In this document: positions 9,689 through 19,660 of the stretch, piece after piece
Layout of the letters: every line of letters starts with the position of its first letter
Position numbering within the stretch: position 1 is the stretch's first letter
From: an uncultured Armatimonadetes bacterium
GTDB lineage: Bacteria; Armatimonadota; UBA5829; DTJY01
Assembly (NCBI GenBank): GCA_963717145.1
Contig: OY970325.1
Coordinates: forward strand, 512,001 to 576,000
Length of the DNA stretch: 64,000 nt
Direction of reading: 5' to 3'
The notes under the pieces: generated by a model
Told to the model about the DNA's origin: nothing
What the model saw: only the letters and a program-made list of their open reading frames with translations
Databases searched by the model: none
Position numbers and translations under genes: made by a program

Positions 9689-11317
9689 ATGCTCTTGCAG
9701 ATACCAGTGATCGACCTGTTCGCAGGCCCCGGTGGGCTTGGCGAAGGATTCTCAGCATACCTCGCAGAGTCGGGTGAACACCCCTTCCGGATAGCTCTTT
9801 CCGTTGAAAAGGATCCCGATGCTCACCGCACTCTCATGCTGCGTAGCTTCTATCGCCAGTTCCGCGAACAGCCGGTGCCGGAGGACTACTACAGCTACCT
9901 GAGAGGCGATCTCGATCCAGTCCTACTGTCTGCCAGATGGCCGAACGAGTGGAAGGCTGCACAGAATGAGGCTCTTCACGCCGAACTGGGCACCGCCGAA
10001 GGCGATAAGGAAGTGGCAAAGAGAATCAGCGGACTGAAGTGCACGTTGCGCCATTCGCCCTGGGTACTCATAGGAGGCCCACCGTGCCAAGCCTATTCCA
10101 TGGTGGGGCGGAACAGACGTAAGGGCTTGAACCCTGAGGAGTTCGAAAAAGATCACCGTCATTTCCTCTATAGAGAGTATCTGAGGATCCTCGCCAAGCA
10201 TTCCCCTGCGGTTTTCGTCATGGAGAACGTTCCGGGGCTTCTATCTACAGTGATCGAGGGCAAGAATATCTTCCAGAAGATACTGGAGGACCTGCGAGTA
10301 CCCTCGAAGGCCGTGGCTGACCAGAACAATGCAGTCGAAAGAAGTCTCCTGCCCTACAGATATGAGATATATTCGCTGTCAGTGAAGAAGGAAAGCCCGG
10401 CCGATCTCAAACCGAGCGACTTCATAGTGAGGAGCGAGGACTATGGTGTTCCGCAGACCCGCCACCGATTGATTCTGATCGGAGTCAGAAGCGATGTGCA
10501 TATGCAACCGGCATTATTGGCAAGGCAATCGCCCCGGATTCCTGTCGAGCATGTCATACGTGACCTGCCGAAACTCCGAAGCTGCTTGTCCAAGGAACCC
10601 GATTCTGTATCTGCGTGGACGGGCGTACTCAAGGCAATACCAACCCAGGAGTGGTTTTCCAGCATCTCCGATCATCGGGTGCGCGAGCAGATGTTGAAGC
10701 GGGTCGGCGATATAGGACCTGATCTAACTCCAGGCGAGCAGTTTCTGCCGCATACAGGCGGTCCCCATGATCTGCGGGAATGGATCCATGATGATAGACT
10801 GATGGGGGTGTGCAATCATGTGTCCAAAGCGCACATGCGGGCCGATCTCTACCGTTACATGTTCGCGGCATGCTATGCCGAAGTTCACGGCGTGTCGCCT
10901 CGCATGAAGGATTTCCCTGAAGCACTCTGGCCGTTTCACACCAATGTCAAAGAGGCCGTGAGCGGCGACAAGTTCGATGACAGATTTCGGGTGCAAGTGG
11001 CGAAGGAGCCTTCGAAGACGATTACCTCACACATCGCCAAAGATGGACACTACAACATACACTATGATGCCGCCCAGTGTCGCAGCCTGACAGTGCGGGA
11101 GGCCGCAAGGCTACAGACATTCCCGGATAATTACCTTTTTGAAGGTAATAGAACTGCCCAGTACCGACAAGTGGGCAATGCTGTGCCTCCTTACCTGGCA
11201 CGGCAGGTTGCGGCTTTGGTCTATCCTCTGCTAGTGAATGCGCCCTTGGCAAGGTACAATGACAGACACATTGACCAGCGACAAGCGAAGCTGGAATATG
11301 TCCCGTATCAGATCTAA
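9689..11317 (+). CDS. dcm: DNA (cytosine-5)-methyltransferase
   Basis: DLFAGPGG, GGPPCQAYS, ENVPG, PQTRHR, RLQTFPD and QVGNAVPP motifs. Confidence 0.95.
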   Translation: MLLQIPVIDLFAGPGGLGEGFSAYLAESGEHPFRIALSVEKDPDAHRTLMLRSFYRQFREQPVPEDYYSYLRGDLDPVLLSARWPNEWKAAQNEALHAELGTAEGDKEVAKRISGLKCTLRHSPWVLIGGPPCQAYSMVGRNRRKGLNPEEFEKDHRHFLYREYLRILAKHSPAVFVMENVPGLLSTVIEGKNIFQKILEDLRVPSKAVADQNNAVERSLLPYRYEIYSLSVKKESPADLKPSDFIVRSEDYGVPQTRHRLILIGVRSDVHMQPALLARQSPRIPVEHVIRDLPKLRSCLSKEPDSVSAWTGVLKAIPTQEWFSSISDHRVREQMLKRVGDIGPDLTPGEQFLPHTGGPHDLREWIHDDRLMGVCNHVSKAHMRADLYRYMFAACYAEVHGVSPRMKDFPEALWPFHTNVKEAVSGDKFDDRFRVQVAKEPSKTITSHIAKDGHYNIHYDAAQCRSLTVREAARLQTFPDNYLFEGNRTAQYRQVGNAVPPYLARQVAALVYPLLVNAPLARYNDRHIDQRQAKLEYVPYQI

Positions 11318-11708
11318 GAATACCGGTCCGGAGATGATTGTCCGCTCTGCACTTCACCGAATGGGCTACCGGTTTCGGCTGCATGTGCGCAAGCTCCCCG
11401 GAACACCCGACATCGTGCTGCCGAAGCGCAGGATAGCGATCTTCGTCCACGGCTGTTTTTGGCACAGGCATCCCGACTGTAAGTACGCATACACACCGAA
11501 GAGTCGCCCGGAGTTCTGGCTGGCCAAGTTTCGTGATAACGTGGCTCGCCACGATGTGGTTGCTCGCCAGCTTGCCGATCTGGGTTGGACGGTCTTGGTC
11601 ATCTGGGAGTGTGAGACGGTTGACCGGGAACAGTTCGCTGCCAGGCTTAAGCAAGCCATCGAGTCACTGTCCGCAGTCAGCACTTCAGCCCCGCCCAAAG
11701 CTGCCTGA
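11259..11708 (+). CDS. vsr: Very-short-patch repair endonuclease
   Basis: RSWNMSRIRSKNTGPE, LPGTPDIV, FVHGCFWH and IWECE; overlaps the end of dcm by 59 nt. Confidence 0.95.
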   Translation: MTDTLTSDKRSWNMSRIRSKNTGPEMIVRSALHRMGYRFRLHVRKLPGTPDIVLPKRRIAIFVHGCFWHRHPDCKYAYTPKSRPEFWLAKFRDNVARHDVVARQLADLGWTVLVIWECETVDREQFAARLKQAIESLSAVSTSAPPKAA

Positions 11709-11873
11709 TCGGCGACTGCATCCATGCTTCCTCCCTCCTGCAGCGGGTCAAGTCGATCCCGCGACTTCCTAGACAGCGGGTTCCGCTTCTTCTACGCACG
11801 CTCCTGCCTCGTGGAACGGGGCTGCCTCATTCAGTATCCACCAGTTTGTAGTTCCTGTCCGGGTTGGGAGAAG

Positions 11874-12062
11874 TTGTTTCCGGGCGGGGAGAGATTGTTG
11901 CGGGGGATTAGGAAGATGTTGTCGGGGATTAGGAAGATGTTTCCGGGCGGGAAGACATTGTTGCGGGGGATTAGGAAGATGTTCGCGGGGATTGACAACT
12001 TCCTTCCGGGCTGGAAGATCTTTCCGCCGGGCGATTGGAGGTTCTCTCCGCCCGGAATATTG
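11874..12062. repeat. Degenerate 21-bp tandem repeat (~9 units)
   Basis: Units such as TTGTTGCGGGGGATTAGGAAG and ATGTTTCCGGGCGGGAAGACA at 21-bp spacing (11874, 11895, 11916 ...). Confidence 0.8.
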
Positions 12063-12336
12063 ATATTCGACGCGTAATCGAAAATCCAAAATCCAATATC
12101 TAGATATTCTGGTTCGGTGTGCCAATAATAGGATTGGCGGTCGGAGAGAGCAAATGGTTGATCGCTGATGGTTCATCGTTCATAGAGAGACCATCGGCTA
12201 TCCGCTGTCTCACCGATCGCGGCCCGCATGGAGCAGAAAGGTCGAAGATAACGACAATCCTGCTTCCCAATGGCGGAGATTCGTTTTACCCGGTCCGTAG
12301 GATCGGAATCTTTACCTAGGAAAGGGAACAAGAAAC

Positions 12337-13005
12337 ATGAGTACCAGTTATTTCCCGTCCAATGATTCTGCGTTCAGCAGTTGGGCGGACACTTTCATCG
12401 CCTATCTCGAGCCGAACGTTGCGAGGTTCGGGCTGGCCATCCCCGACCTCGTCCCGCTCGTCGACGTTCATCCCCTGTGGGACACTATCCTCGGCGAGCA
12501 CTTCACAGCTCAGGCGACCGCGAAGAGCATGACTTCGCAGAAGAATGTGACGCGCGATACCTTCGAGGAGGTGATCCGCTCGCTCGTCAACCGGATAAAC
12601 GCGTATCCCGGCACGACCGACGCCGATCGTGAGGCGCTGGGGATCAAAAGCGCTCAGCCGGTCCAGACGACGGGCATGGACACCATCCCAGACACGCCCA
12701 TCGCGCTGATCGATGTGGGTGGCCGCCTGAAGCACGTGCTCCGGGTGCAGAACTCGACCGGCCAGGGAGTGAGCAGGAGCAAGCCGGCCGGCGCTCTCGG
12801 ATGCGAGGTCTGGCGGAAGGTTGGCGACGCGCCTCAGCCGGGCGAGGAGTTGCAGTACGTCGGGCTGGTGACGCGGAATCCGTTCCCGATCGAGTACACC
12901 TCCGTCGATGGCGGGAAGCAGGTTCACTACATGCTCCGCTGGGTGAACTCCAAGGGTGTCTACAGCAGTTGGAGCGAGACGGAGTCCGCCACCATAGCTG
13001 CATAG
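12337..13005 (+). CDS. Conserved hypothetical protein with helical N-terminus and beta-rich (FN3-like) C-terminus
   Basis: High-GC3 codon usage, purine-rich RBS, C-terminal YMLRWVNSKG...SSWS pattern. Confidence 0.7.
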   Translation: MSTSYFPSNDSAFSSWADTFIAYLEPNVARFGLAIPDLVPLVDVHPLWDTILGEHFTAQATAKSMTSQKNVTRDTFEEVIRSLVNRINAYPGTTDADREALGIKSAQPVQTTGMDTIPDTPIALIDVGGRLKHVLRVQNSTGQGVSRSKPAGALGCEVWRKVGDAPQPGEELQYVGLVTRNPFPIEYTSVDGGKQVHYMLRWVNSKGVYSSWSETESATIAA

Positions 13006-13136
13006 GGGGAATGGCTGATGGTTCATGGTTGATGGCTGATGCCGGAAACCGGGAACCACAGAGGACACAGAGAAGAGAAGTTCATATTGAGGAATAGCAA
13101 GACTCGGGCGGGGCGGATTGATTGCCTCGCCCTTTC

Positions 13137-13244
13137 GTTCATGTAGGAGGGATTTTGCGGGATGGTTCGTGCCCGCTAATCCCGAACGTTGGACTTCGGG
13201 ATTAGCGGGCACGAACCATCCCGCAAAATCCCTCCTACATGAAC
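13137..13244. repeat. Perfect inverted repeat (50-bp arms, 8-nt loop) between convergent genes
   Basis: GTTCATGTAGGAGGGATTTTGCGG...CCCGAA / TTCGGG...CCTACATGAAC; may act as a bidirectional terminator. Confidence 0.9.
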
Positions 13245-13249
13245 CTTCT

Positions 13250-13916
13250 CTAGTGCAACTCGCGGAAGACGCCGGTCTCCATGTAGGCTATGCGCTCGCC
13301 GACGTTGGTGATGTGGTCGGCGATCCTCTCCAGGTAGCGGGCGACGAGGATGAGTTCCACCGCGCGGAGGGCGACCTCGGGCTTCTCCTGTATCATCGCG
13401 ATCATCATGTCGCGGACCTCGCGGTACAGGGCATCCACTTCATCATCCTCGCGGGCGACCTCCGAGATCGCGTCCACATCGTGGTTGACGAACGCCTGGA
13501 GCGATTCGTGCAGCATCCTCTGAACTATCTGGGCGATGCTGCGGTATCTTCACCAGCGTCGTGATCGGCTCCATCGGCGCGAGCTTCTTCGCGGCCTTGG
13601 CGATGTCGAGGGCATAGTCGCCCATGCGCTCGACATCCTTGATGATGTAGAGCCCGGCGGCGATGGTTCGCAGGTCACGGGCCATCGGTTGCTGAAGCGC
13701 AAGGAGGTCGAGGCACCGCTGCTCGATGGTCAGGTTGTACTCATCGACAACGTCGTCCCTGGCGATGATCTCCTCCGCCAGCGCGGTATTACGCTCGCGC
13801 AGGGCCTTGATCGCCCCGGAGAGCATGTCCTCGACGACGCTCCCCATCTTGAGGATATCCTGCTTCATCTCCTGCAGTTGTTCATCGAAGCTTCTTCTGG
13901 TATGTCCGGTATCCAT
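13250..13916 (-). CDS. phoU: Phosphate signalling protein PhoU, frameshifted near 13535 (likely a sequence error)
   Basis: N-half QQPMARDLR...ERMGDYA and C-half EDDEVDALY...LERIADHITNVGE lie in different frames; removing one base gives ...KIPQIAQIVQRMLHESL. Confidence 0.85.
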
Positions 13917-13960
13917 CGATCCTCCGTATCTTCCCCTGAGGAAATCCCCGATCCCGGAGC

Positions 13961-14053
13961 ACCCCACCCCAACCCTCCCCGCAACGGAGAGGGAGTACCT
14001 CTCTTGTAGGCGGGGGCGCTCCCTCTCCGTTGCGGGGAGGGCTGGGGTGGGGT
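13961..14053. repeat. REP-like inverted repeat (~35-bp arms)
   Basis: ACCCCACCCCAACCCTCCCCGCAACGGAGAGGGAG / CTCCCTCTCCGTTGCGGGGAGGGCTGGGGTGGGGT. Confidence 0.85.
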
Positions 14054-14063
14054 TCTCCGCATC

Positions 14064-14861
14064 CTAGCCGAAACGCCCGGTGATGTAGTCCTCTGTCCGC
14101 TTGTCCGTCGGCGTCGTGAACATCTTATTCGATCGGTCGAACTCGATCAACTCCCCGAGGAGGAAGAAGCCCGTGAAGCCTGAGACGCGCGCCGCCTGTT
14201 GCATGTTGTGAGTGACGATGACGATGGTGATCTCCTTCTTCAGGTCGTGCATCAGTTCCTCTATCTTAAGGGTCGAGATCGGGTCGAGCGCCGACGCGGG
14301 TTCGTCCATCAGCAGGATCTCGGGCTCGACCGCCAACGCCCGGGCGATGCACAACCTCTGCTGTTGTCCGCCCGACAGCTCGAACGCGGACTTGTGCAGG
14401 ACGTCCTTCACCTCATCCCAGATCGCGGCGCGCTTGAGACTCTTCTCAACGATCTCGCGAAGCTTGCTGCGGTCCGTTATGCCATGTATCTTCGGGCCGT
14501 AAGCGACATTGTCGAAGACCGGCTTCGGGAATGGGTTGGGGCGCTGGAAGACCATCCCTATATCGCTGCGAAGATGCACGACGTCAGTGCCGGGCGCGGC
14601 GACATCGTGGCCCTCGATCCATATCTCGCCGGTGGTCCTGGCAGCGGGGATCAGGTCATTCATGCGGTTGATCGCGCGCAGGAAGGTGGACTTGCCGCAT
14701 CCGGATGGTCCAATGAGCGCGGTGATCTCCCTGAGAGGTATCTCGATGCTGACATCCCTCAGCGCGTGGGTGTCGGAGTACCACACGTTGAGGTTGCGGA
14801 CCGAGATGGCCGACTCTCGCTCCGATTCGGACGTTTCACCCGAGGGCACGTGAAGCTGCAT
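14064..14861 (-). CDS. pstB: Phosphate ABC transporter ATP-binding protein
   Basis: [32 protein letters not shown] and [10 protein letters not shown]. Confidence 0.95.
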   Translation of the reverse strand: MQLHVPSGETSESERESAISVRNLNVWYSDTHALRDVSIEIPLREITALIGPSGCGKSTFLRAINRMNDLIPAARTTGEIWIEGHDVAAPGTDVVHLRSDIGMVFQRPNPFPKPVFDNVAYGPKIHGITDRSKLREIVEKSLKRAAIWDEVKDVLHKSAFELSGGQQQRLCIARALAVEPEILLMDEPASALDPISTLKIEELMHDLKKEITIVIVTHNMQQAARVSGFTGFFLLGELIEFDRSNKMFTTPTDKRTEDYITGRFG

Positions 14862-14927
14862 CTTTTCTCCTCCGCTGCCGGTCGCCGCTACGCCGCATCA
14901 TCCGCGACACGCTCAAATGAGGCGCGC

Positions 14928-15004
14928 TGTCATTCTGAGCGAAGTGAAGAATCTGGCCAGACGATTCCTCAAACGCCAGATTCTTCACTTCGCTCAGAAT
15001 GACA
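14928..15004. repeat. REP-like inverted repeat (30-bp arms)
   Basis: TGTCATTCTGAGCGAAGTGAAGAATCTGGC and its reverse complement; partial copies at ~20479 and ~35024-35053. Confidence 0.85.
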
Positions 15005-15017
15005 TGGATGATACTGC

Positions 15018-15854
15018 CTACCATTTCCTCGCCCTCCGATATCTTGTTCTGATGATCGCCGCCACCAGGTTCATGCCCAGGACCAGGATCAGCAGCACGA
15101 GCGCCGTTCCCCACTGGATTCTGGGGGACGCATTCGGCACCTGAGTCGAGATCACGTAGAGGTGGTAAGGCAGCGCCATGGCTTGATCATATATGGAATG
15201 AGGCAAATCTCGTTGGTAGAACGCCGCCACAGTGAACAGAATAGGCGCCGTCTCTCCCGCTGCGCGGCCCACTCCGAGAATGAGGCCGGTGATTATCCCG
15301 GATACCGCATTGGGCAGGACTACCTTGGCTGTGGTCTGCCACTTCGTAGCGCCGAGAGCCAGGCTTGCTTCCCGAAACGACTGCGGCACCGAGGACAGCG
15401 CTTCCTCCGATGCGGTGATGACAACCGGGAGCGTGAGAATCGCGAGTGTCAATGATCCCGACAGCAGTGACGCGCCGAAGTGGAGCAGCATCACGAAAAG
15501 CCCGAGTCCGAACAGGCCGTAGACCACCGACGGGACTCCCGCGAGGTTCACTATCGAGAGCCGGATCAGCCGTGTGAACTTGCCGGGCCTTGCATATTCC
15601 GAAAGGTATACGGCGGAGAGGACTCCCATCGGCAGGGCGAAGATGATCGTGCCGATGATCAGATACACCGTGCCGACAATGGCCGGGAAGATGCCGCCCT
15701 CGCGCATCATGTTGACCGGCGGCTGCGAGATGAACGTCCAGTTGATCGCCGGAAGTCCTCGGGAGATCAGCAGATAGACCACCGCCAGGACGGGCAGCAC
15801 CACGAAGACCGTGGAAAGGCTCAACAGCGCGAAGATGATCTTCTGCTTGAGCAT
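15018..15854 (-). CDS. pstA: Phosphate ABC transporter permease
   Basis: AVYLSEYA, LAGVPSVVYGLFG, REASLALGATKWQT and GRAAGETAP. Confidence 0.95.
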   Translation of the reverse strand: MLKQKIIFALLSLSTVFVVLPVLAVVYLLISRGLPAINWTFISQPPVNMMREGGIFPAIVGTVYLIIGTIIFALPMGVLSAVYLSEYARPGKFTRLIRLSIVNLAGVPSVVYGLFGLGLFVMLLHFGASLLSGSLTLAILTLPVVITASEEALSSVPQSFREASLALGATKWQTTAKVVLPNAVSGIITGLILGVGRAAGETAPILFTVAAFYQRDLPHSIYDQAMALPYHLYVISTQVPNASPRIQWGTALVLLILVLGMNLVAAIIRTRYRRARKW

Positions 15855-15857
15855 CGG

Positions 15858-16754
15858 CTAGTTCCTCCGCCCGGTTCTTTGAAGCGCGAGATCGGCGATC
15901 AGATTGATCAGGAATGTCATGCCGAACAGAACGAGTCCTATGGCGAACAGCGAGTAATAGTGCGGTGTTCCCTGTGCGACCTCGCCCATTTCTGCGGCGA
16001 TGGTGGCCGTCATCGTCCTGACCGGCTGAAGGAAAGAGTGTGGGATCACCGCGGCGTTCCCGGTCACCATGAGCACGGTCATCGTCTCGCCTATCGCCCG
16101 GCCCAGGCCGAGCATTACGGCGGCGATGATGCCACTCTTGGCAGCAGGGACGGTCACGCCCGCTATCGCCTGCCACGGGGTTGCTCCGAGTGCGAGCGCT
16201 CCTCCCCCGTAATCCCTGGGGACGGCCACGATGGCATCCTCGGAGATGGATATGATCGTCGGCATCGCCATGAACGCCAGCATCACTGAGCCGGTCAGGG
16301 CGGTCAACCCCGTCGGAAGCTCGAAGATGTTCTTGATGTATGGCCCCAGGACGACCATCCCGATGAACCCGATGACAACGGACGGTATGCCCGCCAACAC
16401 CTCGACGGTCGGCTTGAGGATCTCCCGCACGCGAACCGGTGCGATCTCTGCGAGGTAGACCGCCGCCGCGATCCCGATGGGAACGGCGATCAGTATCGCC
16501 CCTGCCGTTACCAGAAGCGACCCGAGTATCAGCGGTAGGATCTGAAACTTATCGGAGAGAGGATACCAGTCTCTGCCGAACAGGAAGTTCGGGACCGACA
16601 CGTACCGGAATGTCGGCAGACCGTCCCTCAGGAGGAACGCGAAGATGAGCGCTACGATGCTGATCGTCAAGGCGCCGCACAGGAGGACGATCTTCTCCAT
16701 CGTCCAGTCACGGATGCCGGCAAGACTTCCCCTGGCTGACTTGGGAATCCTCAT
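15858..16754 (-). CDS. pstC: Phosphate ABC transporter permease
   Basis: LAGIPSVVIG, PTIISISEDA and GRAIGETMTV. Confidence 0.95.
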   Translation of the reverse strand: MRIPKSARGSLAGIRDWTMEKIVLLCGALTISIVALIFAFLLRDGLPTFRYVSVPNFLFGRDWYPLSDKFQILPLILGSLLVTAGAILIAVPIGIAAAVYLAEIAPVRVREILKPTVEVLAGIPSVVIGFIGMVVLGPYIKNIFELPTGLTALTGSVMLAFMAMPTIISISEDAIVAVPRDYGGGALALGATPWQAIAGVTVPAAKSGIIAAVMLGLGRAIGETMTVLMVTGNAAVIPHSFLQPVRTMTATIAAEMGEVAQGTPHYYSLFAIGLVLFGMTFLINLIADLALQRTGRRN

Positions 16755-17173
16755 CAGGCCCGTTCCCCTCGATTCACCAGCTCTTCGACTCGCGACTTGA
16801 TCTCGTCGCGGATCGCCCTTACCTCCTCGATGGGCTGCCCCTTCGGATCGTCGAGCGCCCAGTCCTCACTGGGGACCAGGATTACGGGGCAGACCGCGCC
16901 CTCAGCGGCATCCTCGAGGCTTACTCCACAGCCCATCGTGATCACGAGATCGGCGGAATCGGCCATCTCGTCGGTCATGATCTTCGGGTAGTGAGCGCTC
17001 ATGTCGTATCCGATCTCGTCCATAGCCTGGAGGACGGTCGGATTGAGACTATCGGCGGGAAGCGTCCCGGCGGACTGCGCCACTATGACTCCATCGCCGA
17101 GTCTTTTCGCGAAGGCCTCCGCCATCTGGCTGCGACCGGAGTTGTGAATACAGACGAAGAGCACTTTCTTCAT
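16754..17173 (-). CDS. arsC: Arsenate reductase, LMW-PTPase/thioredoxin-type
   Basis: VLFVCIHNSGRSQMAE P-loop, ITMGC...CP resolving cysteines, W-x-L-D-D-P. Confidence 0.85.
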   Translation of the reverse strand: MKKVLFVCIHNSGRSQMAEAFAKRLGDGVIVAQSAGTLPADSLNPTVLQAMDEIGYDMSAHYPKIMTDEMADSADLVITMGCGVSLEDAAEGAVCPVILVPSEDWALDDPKGQPIEEVRAIRDEIKSRVEELVNRGERA

Positions 17174-17174
17174 A

Positions 17175-18056
17175 TCAGACCTTTCGGATCGGAGCGAACC
17201 CGAGCTTGTCAACGATCTTCTGGCCCTCGGCGCTCAGCGCGAAATCGAGCAGGCTCTTGACCTCGCCTTCGGGCTGGCCCTTTGTATACCAGTAGAGTGG
17301 GCGCGAGATGGGATAGGTATGGTCGATTGCGGTATCGATGCCGGGCTCGACGAACGGCCCGGCGTCGGTCTTGCCAATCGCCAGTGCCTTGTGCTTCTTG
17401 GGATCGACATAACCGAGCCCCACATAACCGATGTCGGTTGTGTCCGTTGCCACCTGGGTTGCCAGGGCCTCTGAAGAGGGCATCATCAGAGTGCTCTTGG
17501 CAAACTCCTCCGGCCCCTTGTCATGGCCCTTTCTCACGACATGCTCCAGGAAGAAGACATGCGTTCCACTGTTCTTCTCACGGGAGAGCACCACGATCTT
17601 CTCATTGCGGCCGCCGACCTGCTTCCAGTTGGTGATCTTGCCGGTGAAGATATCGGAGAGCTGATCGATGGTCAGCTTGCTCACCGGATTCGTGGGATGA
17701 ACGATGACGCTGAGAGCGTCGAGTGCGACTTCGTGCTCCATCGGCTCCACGCCGTGCGTCTTTGCCAATGCGAACTCCTCATCCTTCATCGCTCGGGAGG
17801 CTTCGGCGATATCGGTCGTGCCCTGAATCATCGCTGCTATGCCTGTGCCCGATCCGCCGCCGGTCACCGCCACATTGGATTCGGGATGAGCCTTCATGTA
17901 AGCTTCGGCCCATGCCTGGCCGAGGTTCACCATCGTATCGGATCCCTTGATCTGAACCATCCCGGTGCCCTTCGACGAAGGTTTGGCACATCCCGCAAAC
18001 ATCACAATCGCTGCAAACGACAGGACAGCAACAATCATCGCAATGGTAGCGCGCAT
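17175..18056 (-). CDS. pstS: Phosphate ABC transporter substrate-binding lipoprotein
   Basis: Lipobox FAGC, GSDTM, GGGSGTG, SREKNSGT and YPISRPLY. Confidence 0.95.
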   Translation of the reverse strand: MRATIAMIVAVLSFAAIVMFAGCAKPSSKGTGMVQIKGSDTMVNLGQAWAEAYMKAHPESNVAVTGGGSGTGIAAMIQGTTDIAEASRAMKDEEFALAKTHGVEPMEHEVALDALSVIVHPTNPVSKLTIDQLSDIFTGKITNWKQVGGRNEKIVVLSREKNSGTHVFFLEHVVRKGHDKGPEEFAKSTLMMPSSEALATQVATDTTDIGYVGLGYVDPKKHKALAIGKTDAGPFVEPGIDTAIDHTYPISRPLYWYTKGQPEGEVKSLLDFALSAEGQKIVDKLGFAPIRKV

Positions 18057-18103
18057 CTACAATTCCCCTTTCCTTAACTCCAGGGCGAACGCATCAAAAC
18101 ACG

Positions 18104-18200
18104 ACGATGCTTCGGTAGCAGAGCGAAGTGGCGCTGCCGAAGCGGATGTACCGGCATGGAGCTTCGGCAGCGCCACTTCGCTCTGCTACCGAAGCATCGT
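18104..18200. repeat. Perfect inverted repeat (40-bp arms) in the pstS 5' region
   Basis: ACGATGCTTCGGTAGCAGAGCGAAGTGGCGCTGCCGAAGC and its reverse complement. Confidence 0.9.
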
Positions 18201-18267
18201 ACTCCCGAGTCGAGATGATTAGATGCGTTCGCCCTGTCTCAACTCTAGATCCTCTTGCCTCTTACCC

Positions 18268-18323
18268 AGTCTACCGGGCGAACCTTACAAAACGCTTACA
18301 TGCCGATTGTCGCCCGCCTAACA
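18268..18323 (-). promoter_or_regulatory. Putative Pho box promoter of pstS
   Basis: Plus-strand hexamers CTTACA (18284), CTTACA (18295), ATTGTC (18306) and CCTAAC (18317) at an 11-bp period; -10 TAGACT lies 10 bp away. Confidence 0.7.
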
Positions 18324-18346
18324 TTTGCGTTTCAGCAGGCCTCGGC

Positions 18347-19636
18347 TCAGAAGATGGTTATCATCTCAACACGCAAGCCGTTGTTGTCCACTGAGTTCTT
18401 CTCTTCGTTGTTGATCTCATAGAAGAGCTTGAGCCTCGTGGCTTCGTCCAGGAATCGAACGAGTCCCAGGTTCCATGTGCCGAGCTTACCGAACGTAGGG
18501 TGCAGTGCCCTGTCGTCGAGCAGATCGTACTGGGCTACGGCCTGGAGGTTCGGGCTTATGTTCTTCACCCCAACAAGATACCACCCGCTGACAGTGCGAT
18601 TCGTTCCCGACGTGGCATTGGCCGTGGTCGAGGTGTTCGAGAAGTACGGCTCCTTGCCGGACACGTATTCGCCCTTGATCGATGCGTCCTCCATGAAGTA
18701 CTGGAAGTCGAGTCCCAAACGCGTTTGGTCCACCTCTACGGCCGACGGGTCATTGGAGACCTTGCGCACCGCCTGGGTCCCGCTGAAGATCGAAGCCCCC
18801 ACATTGAGGTTCTCGCTAACCGGGTATCGCAACCGTCCGACAATGGTCTTGTTCGAGTTGTTATCCTCGAACCTCCCGCCGTTCTCGAGGAACGCGCTGC
18901 CGGCATCTCCCGCCTTGATGCCCGTGCCGTTGAACAGTCCGAGTGCCCAGTCGAGCTTGCTGGGTTCCGGGTTGATGAGAGCTATGCCCTTGTCACGTTC
19001 CCCGGCGAAGAGACCATTGAACGATGGGTAGCCCGACATGCTTACGGAAGTGCCCCCGAAGATCTTCGGACGCTCGGGTACTTCGCGGGCAGATGATGAA
19101 CGCTCGATCACGTAACCGAACGGCCAGTTCTGCTGTCCGAGCCTGACGAAGAATGGCCCCGGCACTCCCACGCCCCAGGGGTGATATTCGACATAGAGGT
19201 CCTTGGTCTCGATCTTGGCTCTGTCGTAGCCGGCAATGTCCAGTTGAATGACGCCGACAGTGTTGGATGTGGGTTGGCCGGTGATCTTGAAACGGCCACG
19301 GCGGACATAGAACCTGTTGTCCGGAGCCTTGTTGTCTGCCTTCTCGGCCACTCCATCCGGAGTCTGATAGGATTCATATCGAGCCTGCACGTACCCGGAG
19401 ACCTTGATCTTCTGACCCGCGGGCCTCGCGTTCTCGGTGGCCTCCTTCGTGGCCGACTGAGCTTTCTCCAGATCGTCGAGCCTCTTCTGCAGATCCTCTA
19501 CTTGCTGCCTGATCTCCGCGATCTCTGCGGTCAAATCCTCCTGTGCCTGCGCGATGGTGCTTCCCACGCAGAACATGCCTGCTATCAGGCACATAGCGAC
19601 TGCAATCCTTCTCACGCCATCTCTCCTTTCCGGCAT
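18347..19636 (-). CDS. Putative phosphate-selective outer-membrane porin (OprO/P-like)
   Basis: Signal peptide, N-terminal coiled coil, VSGYVQARY, FYVRRGRF, terminal Phe, pho context. Confidence 0.8.
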   Translation of the reverse strand: MPERRDGVRRIAVAMCLIAGMFCVGSTIAQAQEDLTAEIAEIRQQVEDLQKRLDDLEKAQSATKEATENARPAGQKIKVSGYVQARYESYQTPDGVAEKADNKAPDNRFYVRRGRFKITGQPTSNTVGVIQLDIAGYDRAKIETKDLYVEYHPWGVGVPGPFFVRLGQQNWPFGYVIERSSSAREVPERPKIFGGTSVSMSGYPSFNGLFAGERDKGIALINPEPSKLDWALGLFNGTGIKAGDAGSAFLENGGRFEDNNSNKTIVGRLRYPVSENLNVGASIFSGTQAVRKVSNDPSAVEVDQTRLGLDFQYFMEDASIKGEYVSGKEPYFSNTSTTANATSGTNRTVSGWYLVGVKNISPNLQAVAQYDLLDDRALHPTFGKLGTWNLGLVRFLDEATRLKLFYEINNEEKNSVDNNGLRVEMITIF

Positions 19637-19660
19637 TGTGACTTCCTTGCGTTCGAGTAA

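Noticed and set aside
4000-11800. Integrative element with att sites around the defence island
   Set aside because: No integrase, tRNA or flanking direct repeats found by eye.
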